From Octopus sinensis (taxonomy: Eukaryota): a stretch of DNA of 64,000 nt. The translations under genes and the position numbers were made by a program. Positions 1 to 12,534 of this stretch are shown here, in pieces. Location of the stretch: positions 30,752,001-30,816,000 of the forward strand of contig NC_043012.1 in NCBI RefSeq assembly GCF_006345805.1. Direction: 5' to 3'. The notes under the pieces are model-generated. The model made no database searches, had not been told where the DNA came from, and saw only the letters and a program-made list of their open reading frames with translations. The stretch's first letter is position 1; every line of letters starts with the position of its first letter.

Positions 1-610
1 TTCTTTTTTTTTTCGTTCATCAAGTAGTAGTAGTAGTAGTAGTAAGCGGCAGCTGCTTCTTTCAGAATAGATATGGAGAAAAAATAGCACAGTTGGTCCC
101 TTGGGGTAAATTGTAAATTCAGCAATGTGGAGTAATGTTGGTAGGGTAATAATGGCCCCATCATAGTAGTGTTGGAGGTGTTGATGGTAGTGGTGGTGTT
201 TAGTGATGGTGTTGGTGTCGCCGTTGATGATGGTGGTGGTAGTTGTGTCATCGTTGGCGGTGGTTATAAAAGTTGGTGATGGCGAGGATGACTTTGTTAT
301 TGTTGTTGCAGCGGATGAGGATGTTGGAAATGTTGTGGCCATCATCATATAATTATTGGTGGTGAGGGAAGTGACGGTTGTGATGGAAATGGTAATGATG
401 GTGGTAGTGTGGTGGTGGTAGTGGTGGTGGTGGTGGTGGTAATGGTGATGATGGTGGTAGTGGTAGTGATGGTGGTAATGGTGATGACCGTGATGGTGGT
501 TGTCATCGTCCTGATGGTGGTGATGACTGTGGCCGTGCTGGTTATTGTTGTGGGTATGGTGTTGGTGATGGCAGAGATAGCTCTGATGGTGGTGGTGATG
601 CTGTTGATGC
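1..610. repeat. Degenerate trinucleotide microsatellite/low-complexity tract (GGT/GAT/TAG)
   Basis: Mixed GGT, GAT and GTA repeats; explains the poly-V/poly-T ORFs 345..674 and 409..795. Confidence 0.9.
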
Positions 611-1165
611 TCTTGTTGATAATGTCGAAACTACTATTTTCTTTCTTTTTTTTTTTTTTGCTGTTTTGCTTCACAGAAATTTCAATTTTCCATGTTTCTG
701 TCTTACAATATAATGTAATTGTTCTTGATGTTGTTGTTGTTAACCAGGAGTGGAAGACAGCGACGAAATGGGTGGGTTGTAATATACGAAACTAAGGGGC
801 AGTTTTATTGGCGAGTTACATAGTTTGAAAGAAATGGGGGTGGGGGAAAGAAAACTAGAAACGTGGTGGGGGAGGTTTTACAGCGCGGATATAAAGTAGA
901 ATATGGCGGAAGAGAAAGAAAAAAAGAAAGGAAGGAAGCAAACAAAGGAAGGAAGTTCTAAAATAGAGAAATATAGAGATTTTGGCTGAAGGTATTTTTA
1001 GGGGTAGAGCTTGGTTAATTTTTTTAAAAAAAAGGTTTGTTTTTGTTGTTGTTGAAGCTGTTCTTGATTTGGCAAGATGCCATATTGGTTTCTGTTCCGG
1101 AAGGCATGATTCATCAAAAGTAAAAAAAAGTAGTGGACCGGGGGTGGGGTGAAGTGAATGGTAAT

Positions 1166-1169
<4 letters not shown>

Positions 1170-1214
<45 letters not shown>

Positions 1215-1223
1215 AGAGAGAGA
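1170..1223. repeat. (GA)n microsatellite
   Basis: Direct reading. Confidence 0.95.
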
Positions 1224-1454
1224 AAGTGTGTGGGGGTGGGCATCGTTTACCTTTAGAGGATTAGAGGAATGGCATGAGGTAAGAAAGGAAGAATATAGGG
1301 TGAAAAGAGTGGTGGAGGTGGTGGTGGTTGGGGAAGACGTTTGGCAAAATGGCGGGGTAGAATGAGGTCTTTAACGGGTAACGAAGCAATAGCTACGAGT
1401 TGTATTTTTCAATAGGATAGTCACGTGTATGTGCATAGGGGAAGAGCAGTTGTA

Positions 1455-1520
1455 ATAGTAGTGTGTATATATATATACACACACACACAGACATATATGC
1501 ATATATATACATACATATAC

Positions 1521-1565
<45 letters not shown>

Positions 1566-1612
1566 ATACGCACACACACAAATACACACATGTGTGTATG
1601 TATGTATGTATG

Positions 1613-1677
<65 letters not shown>

Positions 1678-1792
1678 ATATATATTGGCCTGCTCGCTTA
1701 GCCAGCGGGGTGGCGTCATTCGAAGGCTAAAACAATGCGAACGCATTGTGACCAGCGATGTGTACATCTGATGGACTGGTCGTTCACGTGAT

Positions 1793-1845
<53 letters not shown>
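1455..1845. repeat. (TA)n/(TATG)n tracts enclosing a short interspersed repeat fragment at about 1686-1800
   Basis: TA runs flank a CpG-rich segment ending in the doubled motif cacgtgat-cacgtgat; family not assigned. Confidence 0.7.
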
Positions 1846-1850
<5 letters not shown>

Positions 1851-2120
1851 ATATATGTCTTGCTTATGGTCTATAGAAAGCGACAACGCTGCGCTGTTCG
1901 TCTTGACAAATCATATCTCATAGACATAGAGGGACAAAAAGTAGACGAATATCAGGAACAGACGAGAAGCGTCTAGCAGTGACAGAGGAATAATTAAAAC
2001 CAGATTTTTGATTCGTTGCAGGTCAGCAGAAGCAGAAATCCTTTAGCAACGGCCTGCTTAGACAATTTCAGCCTCAACTGATAAATGACTAGCATCACCT
2101 GAGACTAAAATAGGAGGCAC

Positions 2121-2190
2121 TTGGCCAAGGTGTTGCACAGTGGGATTGAACCCGATGCGACGTGGCTGGAATGCAATCTTCTTCACCACA
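2121..2190 (-). mobile_element. Degenerate tRNA-derived SINE head (family A)
   Basis: Reverse complement resembles the 5' part of the SINE at 13958 (tgtggt..aag..gggttc..cccactg..accttgg). Confidence 0.6.
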
Positions 2191-3174
2191 GATATACAAA
2201 AGTTATTCTCACATGTAAACGTCAGCCATCAAATGCACGTGGCACTTAATCATCGGCCAAACGGGGAAAACAAATGACAATTCAGTGTTTCAAAGGCTTC
2301 GCTTGGTGGTTAACAAAACTTCGATTCTCAACTGTGGGGTTACGAGTTCGATTCCATTATGCGGAACATAAGGTCTCTTTTACTATATCGCCGATTCGAC
2401 TAATTCTTTGTGTATCAAATTTAGCAGAGGGAAACTGCATGAAAGCCTATAGAAGGGGGAGTTCCTATTCTACGTGATAATCTTTTGTGATGGAAATAAT
2501 CTTAGATGAGTGACTTGATACCTGATGGTGGACTTAATCCGTCGTCCAGTCCAAAAGCATCACGTGATACCCTGGCTGTATTTAACTGACTTTGTTTCAA
2601 GTAATCTGGTCACCTTTATTCAAATGAAACCATTCATGAGTTTTGCTTGCCCAACCACGTTTACACACGCACGTGCATATATATAAGTGATAATCTTAAA
2701 TTGGTTATATACTTTGTAGTATGCCATTTAAAGCCTGTTTGCTGTATTCGGCTACCTGATGTCATCGACAGAACGGATTCAAAAGCTACTGGATTTACTT
2801 TAGGAATGCCTTCGTGTCCGGAGAGTTTATAAAAAATATGAGAGAAAGAGAAATAAAACTGAATTCACGAGATTATCACTACGATCGTTTTGTCCCATCG
2901 CGCATCGATTACTGGCGGGTAAGATGCTGTACAAATCGTTGTGGTGCATCATATGGTGTAGATACATAACGTCAGGTCAAAAGGTACCTGTGTGTTTGTA
3001 TGGGAGGATGTATGTGCGTGTGGGTGGGTCTGAGCGTATAGGAGCGAGTGTTGGGACATCTATCAACCTGGTTATCTATGTTCGTGGAGGTGATTAACAA
3101 AGAATCTTGTGAATTCCATTCTCTTTATCGTTCTTCCTTATATATATGTGTTCATACATTCATATATATGTTTA

Positions 3175-3225
<51 letters not shown>

Positions 3226-3799
3226 ACAAGAATATTTGTCTTTTCTAATGGAAACAAAAGGGTTTATAGGACTGCAAAAGAAGTGCTCAAATATAAATGA
3301 GACGAAATTAAAGAAGCATCGGTTATAGAACAAACATTAAATCTGGGTCAAATGTTTAGTCTATTGCTAAATATTTAGGTGGCTGTAGTTTGCAGAAATT
3401 CAACGTCACCGGTTTCAAATCCCCGTAGCGCTAAACAATTTTATTACGTCTACTTTTATTTCTATACACTTTCAAAAAGGTGGACGAAAACCTATATTTT
3501 AATCATCTGATAAAACTTTTTTTAGTCGGTGGATATTTATTTTATTTTTACCTTAATTTTTTCTCTGTTAGATTTATTTTGGTAGTTTTTGAATTTTTAG
3601 CCGTTTATATTTAATTTTTTTGATTGGTCGTTCTATTTGTGTTTTATTCGATTATATATACTTTTACCTTCTGTGATTTTTATGTATATTTATTATTTTT
3701 ATGTGTTTGTGAACCAGGGTGATGTTTCTTATATATGATTAAATGTTTGAGGGGTGATGTTGTATGTAAAGTCATTGACCTGAATTTAATGCTTCTTCT

Positions 3800-4930
3800 A
3801 TGCAGGAAGTAAATAGACACCTTTAATTTTCAAAATTTCTGATCTAAGCGTCTTAATGTTTTCAGCAGTGTAGAATTTACAATGTAATTATTTTTTTTCA
3901 TTTCAGGTGCCATTATATTAAACATTTGCAAACAGTAACCATACCACGCACAAAAAATTCAACACAACTGTCAGATTTTCAAAGTGGTCGTATTGTTGGG
4001 CAATCTGAAGCTGGTCTTAGCCAGCGAAAAATTGCCGAAAATCTTCAAATTCCTCTTGCTACTGTTAATAGAATTATAGTGCAATTCAAAAACCAAGGAA
4101 AAAAAATCAACAGATCCCGTCCCGGCCGACCTGAGCCCTCGGAAAGGAAACTTCGTTGTATGAAAAGAATTGTGGAAAACGAACCCCGTTCGAAGGCTTC
4201 TGGTATTGCAAAACATCTAGAAGTTAGTCCAAGAACGTGTGTTACAGAGCGATTTTCTCAGATGAATCCAGATTTTCATTATTTTAAGAGAGTGGGCGTG
4301 TTTGGGTCTGGAGGCTTCCCGATCAAGAATTTGATTTGAAACGACACCAACCAGCTGTGAAATATGGCGCTATCTCTGTTATGGTATGGAGAGCTGTCAC
4401 CAGCAATGGTCGTTCTTAGCTGGTCGAATGTGTTGGAACCATAAACTCTGAAAGGTACATCGAAATACTTAAGCAAGGACTACTTCCGATGTATTCACAC
4501 AATAACATAACGAAAAATGAGTTTTTATTCATGGAAGATTAATCACACAGCCAAAAGGAATCAACAATGGCTGACTGAAAATGGGATCAAAAAGCTTCCT
4601 TGGCTGAGCCAATCTCCTGATATGAACCCAATTGAAAATCTTTTGAGCATACTAGATAGAGGTCTAAGAAAAACTCGACAGAAACCTAAATATAAAGATG
4701 AATTGTTTCGATTCTTGAGTGAAAAGTGGGCAGAAATTCCACAAGAGACAATCACAAAGCTCATCAGTTCAATACCAAAATGAGCTTCTGAATTAAAAAC
4801 TTCAAAGGGAATGTCAACTAAACACTAAAGTGAGCAGTCCTACATATCGATTACATTTCAATTGTTCGCTTTGCGTATTAAATAAAAGATTTTGAAAATT
4901 AAAAGTGTCTATTTACTTCCTGCATGTCTG
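3800..4930 (+). mobile_element. Tc1-family DNA transposon, internally deleted, with ~38-bp terminal inverted repeats
   Basis: Left atgcaggaagtaaatagacacctttaattttcaaaat (3800-3837) matches the reverse complement of right 4889-4925; the right end finishes ...gtctg followed by TA; encloses a transposase remnant. Confidence 0.9.
3941..4828 (+). pseudogene. Tc1 DD34E transposase pseudogene
   Basis: HTH (SDFQSGRIVG...SQRKIAENL...RPGRP), FSDESRF, SVMVW, SPDMNPIENL and a C-terminus ending STKH*; start codon decayed to ATA, with frameshifts, stops and deletions. Confidence 0.92.
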
Positions 4931-4931
4931 T

Positions 4932-4934
4932 ATA

Positions 4935-5010
<76 letters not shown>

Positions 5011-5065
5011 TTTTATATATATAATATATATATTTATATTTTATTATATATATATATATTTATAT

Positions 5066-5110
<45 letters not shown>

Positions 5111-5160
5111 TGTGTGTGTCTATATATATATGTGTAGATGTATGTATATACGTGTATGTG
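4932..5160. repeat. (TA)n microsatellite expanded from the Tc1 TA target site
   Basis: TA run begins immediately after the TIR end. Confidence 0.85.
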
Positions 5161-5748
5161 TGTGAGTGTGCGTGTATACATATGCACACCAACACATTTA
5201 TGACATTTTTTATTTACGCACATCTGTTATAAAAATCGTACTGCGAGACAATATTTTGTTAATTCAGATTCTCGTTCAATTGTCAGCTGATATTCAGTTA
5301 ATGGTATTTGGAAGTGAAGGGTGCCGAGAGGCGGAAGAGGGGCGGAGGAATCGTGTGGATCTATTATTGTATGGCATTTGTAGATCTTTGAAATATCAAA
5401 GCTAAAATGTTTGGCAAAAAGCTTAACGATTCTACCATATTAACGAGTGTTTAATTAACTAAGACGTTTATGAATTTCAGTGAGAAATGAAAAAGAAAAA
5501 TATTTGATAAGTTTACTGCTTTATCTCGAAGACGTTACCATACGTACGGGGTGTACGAGTGCAACATGAGAATGGTATTTCAGGCAAGAATCCGAAAGCA
5601 AATGAAAAATTCCATTTATCGATATGTATATGTATATATGTATGCCTGTATGTATTTATGCATATGTATGTATATACATATATATGCATGAATAAATATA
5701 TGTATGTATATATATATATACATAGAAACATATATGTATGTGTGTATG

Positions 5749-5779
<31 letters not shown>

Positions 5780-5879
5780 ATACATATATATTTATACGCA
5801 TATATGAATATGTATGTAAATACATAAATATTAATGTGTTTATATGTATGTATGCACACGCTCTCTCAGTTCACCTTAT

Positions 5880-6175
5880 CACGCACGCGCTTCCATACAA
5901 CTTACCCCACAATTATACACGCACACATACACTACTTTCCACTTATACCTATCTTCAGACCGAGAAACAGCCCCCACCCTTTATTACATCTTCACTCCCA
6001 CCCCATAGAAGAGTATTTCTTTGTGTTTGTAACCTTTCTCCCATCTTTTTGTTATTTCTGTTTTTCATTCCTCATTTTCTCCCCTGATGAAAGACTCTCT
6101 TCCGAAACGTTATGTCGCTTCCTCTTTCCGTTGAAGTTAAAATTCTATCACCATTAAGCTAATACTATATTTGTT
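5880..6175 (+). mobile_element. Probable Penelope-like 3' tail/pLTR remnant with degenerate hammerhead core
   Basis: Pyrimidine-rich tail, then CTGATGA (6084-6090), short hairpin, GAAAC (6104-6108) and GTC; layout similar to the element at 29420-29700. Confidence 0.45.
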
Positions 6176-6309
6176 TGGTGATTTTCCTTTTCTTTCTAAT
6201 GTTTATTGTATTGCACCATACACATATATATGCACACATGCATATGCCCTCGCACGCGCGCACACACACATATTACATACATACAAGAATTTTTTTGCGT
6301 AATAAGATG

Positions 6310-6438
6310 AAAAGCCAAGACTGTATAGATATTAGAGTATTTACAGCTGTTTCTAGGATATTTATTAATAATATCCTAGAAACAGCTGTAAGACCTTCGA
6401 TCTATAAATACTCTAATATCTATACAGACTTGGTTTTT
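6310..6438. other. Long near-perfect inverted repeat (hairpin)
   Basis: Perfect 22-bp inner stem 6341-6362/6370-6391 with a 7-nt loop; outer ~31-bp stem with 2 mismatches; 16-nt one-sided bulge. Confidence 0.9.
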
Positions 6439-6719
6439 TATCGTATTACGCAAAAAATTCTTATATACACACGCTGATATAGAACCAACGTTAAACCCTT
6501 TATTCGCAATATTACCAAATCTGGAACTTAACTACGGTCTGTCCATAGCACTTATTCAGCATAACCTGACACCTTTGGGTCTCAGTGACGCCATTATTTC
6601 TTATACATACATATATTTATGCGTACGTATGCATATATACATGTAAGCATATATATTTGTATAGATAAATACATAGAAAATCAGGTAGGTAGACACACAC
6701 ACACACACAGACACATAGA

Positions 6720-6770
6720 TAGGGTGGATAGGTAGATAGATAAATAGATAAAGTGGATAGACAGACAGAC

Positions 6771-6850
<80 letters not shown>
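6720..6850. repeat. (GATA)n tetranucleotide microsatellite
   Basis: Direct reading. Confidence 0.95.
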
Positions 6851-7460
6851 CAGGAATTAACGTTGGAATGAGGAACTGAAGGAGGAATACTGTATATCGC
6901 AATGGTCGAGTGGAAACTATTTCATTTCTTTCAAGAAGACGCTACCCATGGCTTTATAAGGCCGACGCATGGAGTTGACTGTGACACTGACCGTGAAGTG
7001 TGCAAGTTGAGATTCTCTTTTGATACGAGATGATGACGAATCAATCGGAAACTACCTCCGAAGCAGGATGCTGGAAGGATCAAGATAGAAACTGTCAAAA
7101 AGTTATATCTATAAACACTAGCCCACCTCATGGCACACACTCACACGCACACACCGGTGCTTTGACTTCTCATTAAGGTATTGCGTGACACACGTTCCTT
7201 TAAATTTTTTTATATCTTACGACATGCTTCCTCATATATACGTTAGCACACAGACACCCATACACACGCAAATACACTCACACAGATGTGCACGTAGGTA
7301 CACATATCTTTATCTTTAAGTTCGTGCGTGTGTGTGTGTGTGTGTGCATGTATACCTATTTGAATGTTAAATAGGTAAACACGTTTACCTCTCTCTCTAT
7401 CTATCTATCTATCTCTCTCTCTCTCTATCTATCCATCTCTCTTTCTCTCTATCTATCAAT

Positions 7461-7492
<32 letters not shown>

Positions 7493-7857
7493 CTGTCTGT
7501 CTATCTTCTACATGATCACACACGCACGCATACATCTACCACCACCACCACCACCACCACTACCACCACCACCACCACCACCACCATAACCATCACCATC
7601 TACATCAACACACATGAATATTCTTTGTGCCTGTTGATCCGTTCATTTCGTTCTCTCTTTCTGTCCATATTTGTTTCTTATCACCGACAGTATCGTCACC
7701 TATCTTTCTCTCTCTCTCTCTCTCTCTCTCCATCCCCCCTCTCTCTCTTATATAAACACAGAGAGGAATACAACCTCGTCTTCATAGAAAGAAGATCCTC
7801 GAAGGGAAGACTTTTGCAGCTGATCTTTCAACAGAAACTACTTATTGTATAATTGTT

Positions 7858-8215
7858 AGGTTTGATGGCAGTGGTGGTGGTGGTGGCGGCCGCTGCAGGG
7901 GGGGGTGGTGGTGGTGGTGGGGGGATGGTAGTAGTGATGACGTTGTAGTGGTGTTGATGGTGGTTGCCGTGGTGACATTGATTGTGAGGCGGTGGGTGGT
8001 GCTGCTGGCGCTGACGGTTATGGTAATGTTATCAGTGACGGTTGTTCTGATGGTGGTGGTTCTGGTGGTGGCGTCGGCGGTTGCGGAGGTGGTGGTGTTG
8101 ATAATGAGGCCTCGTGGTGGTACTGTCGATGGTAGTAATGCTGATTGTGGTGGTGATGGCGATTGTGCTTTGCTGTTGTTGTTGGTGGTGGTGTCACGTT
8201 GAGGCATGGTGGAGG
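7858..8215. repeat. Degenerate (GGT)n low-complexity tract
   Basis: Direct reading. Confidence 0.85.
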
Positions 8216-8419
8216 CAGGAGTTGGGGCGTGCTGGCGTCAGAAACGGTGTTGGCGGTGAGACATGGATATGATGGCTTTGTGGAGTCGGAGAAGAGACTT
8301 GAGGACAGGAAACCTGATGGTGGCGGCGTTGGGGGGGGGGGCGTATAGTTTGAGATGTAGACAGATAAATAATGGAGGAGAGAAGGGGACAGAGAAAGGG
8401 TGTGTGGGCCTTCCTTTCT

Positions 8420-8645
8420 CTACTGTTTTTGACGAAGAGGCGAGTTGGACGGAGTCGCCTTTCTTTGTACCTCCTACGATGTGGGTTCATCTGGGATCTC
8501 AGGTAGAAATTTGTCCACATGCTTTTTGAAGGTCTCCACATCTCACCTCGCAAATCTTTGAGGTTGTTTGGTTCGATGTTACATAGTTGGGGTCCCTTGA
8601 AACCCAAGTTGTTGCAATACCGGGCCCTTATTGGAGATAGAGAAG
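8420..8645 (-). mobile_element. CR1/L2-group LINE 3' end remnant
   Basis: Minus-strand translation LGFKGPQLCNIEPNNLKDL..., with frameshifted continuation resembling FK..VDKFLSEIPDEP, typical of the C-terminus of CR1-group ORF2. Confidence 0.7.
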
Positions 8646-8847
8646 TATTATGTAGTGCCGTCCAATTCGGTGGTTGGCATAACTTTTTTATTCCAAAGAT
8701 AGGAGCGAGACCTTACGCACACACGCACACACACACACAAAAACTACGGGATAAAGAAAAGTATGTAATGACCATTATTTATACCTTGTCATATATGTGT
8801 GCGCGCGTGTGTATATAGTAGTCTATATATATTATATATAAATATAG

Positions 8848-8894
<47 letters not shown>

Positions 8895-8900
<6 letters not shown>

Positions 8901-9295
8901 ATACATAAAATCCGTTCTGTGTGTGTGTGTGTGTCTTCTAGGATCTCGGGCATCCTCCATCCGATTGTGCTCAAATTTGATATGTAGATACCGAGGTATC
9001 AGGGCGTGTATAAGTCTTGAAAACATTACAAAAATCGATTCTAGGTGAGAATGCGATCGATAAAGACGTGGGAACGTGCATTTGTACGCGCAAGTACATC
9101 AGCTGTGGCGATCGATACTACGCGTACGCGAGAAAAATGCACGTGCAGTTTGCGCAAAGAAGGCCGGCTGGCTTGAAATAATGCCACAAACCCCCTTTTA
9201 TGGGACGGTCGGACAAATTGTTTTGAGAAAATTTGGTTTAAATGTTTGACAACTCAGCACCGTCCACTGGACTGGGCGGGGGCGTTTAGCTCGTA
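8895..9295 (+). mobile_element. Non-autonomous Helitron-like element (degenerate)
   Basis: Starts ...tacataaaatccgttctgtgtg; shares the ccgatt.tg.t.aaa.ttg motif with 32867-33249; GC-rich 3' segment ends ttagctcgt (decayed CTAG-T). Confidence 0.55.
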
Positions 9296-10047
9296 TATAT
9301 AATATATATATATATAGTCGATACCACGACGACCACCACCACCACCATTTCCACCATATCACCGTCATTTCCTCCTCTACTTTTACTGTCATTGCACTAT
9401 TAGTAGATGTAATCACAGTAGTAGCAGTAGTGGTGGTAGTCGTAGCAGGGAAATCGTTGTTCGGTTGGGTGACAGTAGCAATGGTTTGACTAGTTACCTT
9501 TAGGTGTGAACACACCCGCAATAGATAAGGCGTAATCTCTGTGTGTGTGTGGGTGTGTGTATACGTTTATATGTGTGTGTGGGCATATAAGTGCATATGG
9601 ACACGTAGCCGTGTGCATGCGTCAGTCTTTGCTATTCTATTATATGAGTGAGTGTATGTGTGTGTGTGTGAATGTGTGTGAGTGAATGTGCCAATATGTG
9701 TGTACGCGTTAGTCTGTATGTGTATGGGTAGGATATAAATTTACTCGTAAATAGGACAACTGAGCAGTTGTGTAGGGTATCGTATTCCGAGTACCCGTTT
9801 CAAGTTCCAGTCTGCTTATTGCTGTATAATTATCTCTGAGTAGCTCCACATCAGGAGTTTTAGGAGTAAACGACCAACTCACTACTACCACCTACCACCC
9901 CACAAACCACCCCATACCATCATTTGATCTTGGGTTTTTACTGAAAAACGTCAAAATATGTTTTTGTTCTATGGTTGTGTGCTTCTCTATTCAAATGCAA
10001 TGCACACACACACACACACACACCTGCACACCCGTGACTTTATATAC

Positions 10048-10171
10048 AGGAGTCACTGTGTGGTAAGAAGCTTGCTTCTTAACCACATGGTTCAGTCCCT
10101 CTGCGTGGCACCTCGGGCAAGTGTCTTCTACTGAGCGTGGATTTGGTAGACGGAAACTGAAAGAAGCCTGT

Positions 10172-10172
<1 letters not shown>
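10048..10172 (+). mobile_element. SINE family A, internally deleted
   Basis: ggagtcactgtgtggtaagaagcttgc...ggatttggtagacggaaactgaaagaagcc matches 13958 with deletions. Confidence 0.85.
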
Positions 10173-10214
<42 letters not shown>

Positions 10215-10469
10215 ACAAAGTGTACGTACGCCGCTATATATATATATATATATATATATAATAAAATACAGAATGGAACAAGAAGGCAAAAGGGGACAAC
10301 AAAACATTTAGATAGACAATACAAAAAAAACACGGATGGGTCATTCGAAGCCTTTTATCTTCAGTCAAGAACCGTATCATCCTCGCAATTTCGGCTGATT
10401 AATCTTGTGATTAAGCCCGTTTTTCGCTCTATCTATTCGTGTCACTCTTTTTCTTTTTGAATAATTAGG

Positions 10470-11207
10470 CCATTCTTTCTGGAACGTTGGATACAACATA
10501 GACAAAAAGCAACTTCGCACAATTTTCTTATTCCAGTTCACGCAACATGCACTACCTGTTTCTCGAGCGGATTGTGACTTGCGATGAAAAGTGGATTCTT
10601 TACGACAACCGGCGACGCTTAGCTCAGTGGCTGGACGCAGACGAAGCTCCACGGCACTTCCCGAAGTCAAAGTTGTACCAAAAGAAGGTCATGGTGACTG
10701 ATTGGTGGTCTGCGTCCGGTCTAATCCATCACAGTTTTTTGGATCCGGGCGAAACCATTACGGCGGAGAAGTACTGTCAGCAAATGGATGAAATGCATAA
10801 AAAAACTCCGACAACAGCCAGCATTGGTCAATAGAAAAGGATCAATTCTTCTCCAATTCTTCTGCTTGGCTGCAGAAGTTGAAAGAATTGGGCTACGAAA
10901 TTCTGCCTCATCCGCCATATTCACCCGACCTCTCGCCTACCGATTACCACTTTTTCTAGAATCTCGACAGCTTCCTGCGTGAGAAATGCTTCAAAAACCA
11001 AAACGATGCCAAACACACCTTCAACGACTTCATCGCCACCAGAACGCAGGATTTTTACGCTACTGGCAGAAATAAACTTGTTTCGCATTGACAAAAGTGC
11101 GTTGATTCTGATGGTGTTTAATTCGATTAATAAAGTTTTGTTTGAGCCGAGAAATGTGCATCTGAATTTAAAGGTTAAAAACCGCAAGGACTTTCTTGAC
11201 AAGCTAA
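10470..11207 (+). mobile_element. Mariner (Hsmar1/cecropia-like) transposon, internally deleted
   Basis: Right TIR aaaaccgcaaggactttcttgacaagctaa (11177-11207) followed by TA; left TIR not clearly recognisable. Confidence 0.85.
10498..11130 (+). pseudogene. Mariner DD34D transposase pseudogene
   Basis: [13 protein letters not shown] fused to [17 protein letters not shown]; later HPPYSPDLSPTDYHFF and C-terminal QKCVDSDG; HTH region and HDNA motif deleted; stops and frameshifts. Confidence 0.92.
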
Positions 11208-12139
11208 TAATAACACACACAGAGGTTCAATTTCAAAATACAAGCTCGAAATTTGATTAGATTGATAATTTATAATTTTGATTTGCGACTGAGTATGACC
11301 ACTGAACTTTCTAGAATTACCGGTGGGTGAGTAGATTTTTTTGCGAAGGTAACAATTCTTTTGAAATTTCTGATTTCAGGATTATGTTTGATCCACATAA
11401 AGAAATACAAGAGTTAAAAAAATATCTTGTTAAGAAATGTTCGTATAAATACAAAGCTTACCATAAAAGAAAGCTCTGGATGTTTTCCTTCAGAATTCTT
11501 CCTCTCAACAAACATCCAGAAAATGTTATCTTAGCCACATCAAACATTTAAGACTTCTAGATAATTATAACGGAATTGGTAATAGAATATTGAAAACGCC
11601 CCGTATTAAACTAATTAGTTTAATGCCCCCCTCCACCAACACTCAAAAGTCACCCTCTCATTCCTGCTCACACTCATACCTCTATTCAAAAGACTACTCC
11701 ACCTCTCTTCTTTATTTCTCTCCTCACTTTGATGATTCGAACCAAATCCTTTTTATTTGTTTTAAAAACAAAAAGAAAGCTGTTCAACGCTTTGTATCTT
11801 ATACTTTTCTTTATCCTACCTGAATTTACTTCACTGTGTCTTTTAAGCATTTGATTTCTAACATCCAAACTGTTCTGCCGTTTGTTGACCGGTGTATTAC
11901 CTTTCAGCCTTATCATTGTTTATAAACATTTTCTGGTTGTGTTCTTCCTTCATTCGCCACATTCTCATACAACTATATTACTTGAGACTCATTAATCGAC
12001 ACACACTCCTATATACTTAAAAAAATATTTCTCAGTTTTTCTACTCTCCTTTCTATGTCTCTACGTATCTATGTATCGAGACAAGGGCTTCCATGCACAT
12101 TCGCCTCTGCATTTACGTGTGTGCATCTATACCCTGACT

Positions 12140-12353
12140 CTTTTACTTGTGTCAGTCATTTGACTGCGGCCATGCTGGAGCACCGCCTTTAGTCAAGCAA
12201 ATTGACCCCATAACTTATTCTTTGTAAGTACTAGTACTTATTTTGTAAGTACTAGTACTTATTCTATCGTTCCTTTTTTGCCGAACCGCTTGGTTACGGG
12301 GACGTAAACACACCATCATCGGTTGTCAAGCGATGTTGGGAGGGGGGCAGCAA

Positions 12354-12411
<58 letters not shown>

Positions 12412-12498
12412 GTACGACGGGCTTCTATCAAATCCACTCACAAGGCTTTGGTCGGCCCGAGGCTGTAGTAGAAGACACCTGCCCAAGGTGCTATGCAC
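12140..12498 (-). mobile_element. SINE family A (5'-truncated) with internal CA/TA microsatellite
   Basis: Reverse complement of the 13958 and 43094 copies, including the tail gctccagcatggccgcagtcaaatgactga. Confidence 0.9.
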
Positions 12499-12534
12499 AA
12501 ATAGATCGTGATTCCTGCATCACCTATTCTGATT

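Noticed and set aside
6931-7140. Minus ORF beginning with a signal-peptide-like MRWASVYRYNFLTVSILILPASCFG
   Set aside because: Short, no recognisable mature domain, weak donor, and the start lies beside a CA repeat; insufficient support
11327-12060. Possible PLE thumb/tail region
   Set aside because: AT-rich with no diagnostic motif; left unassigned
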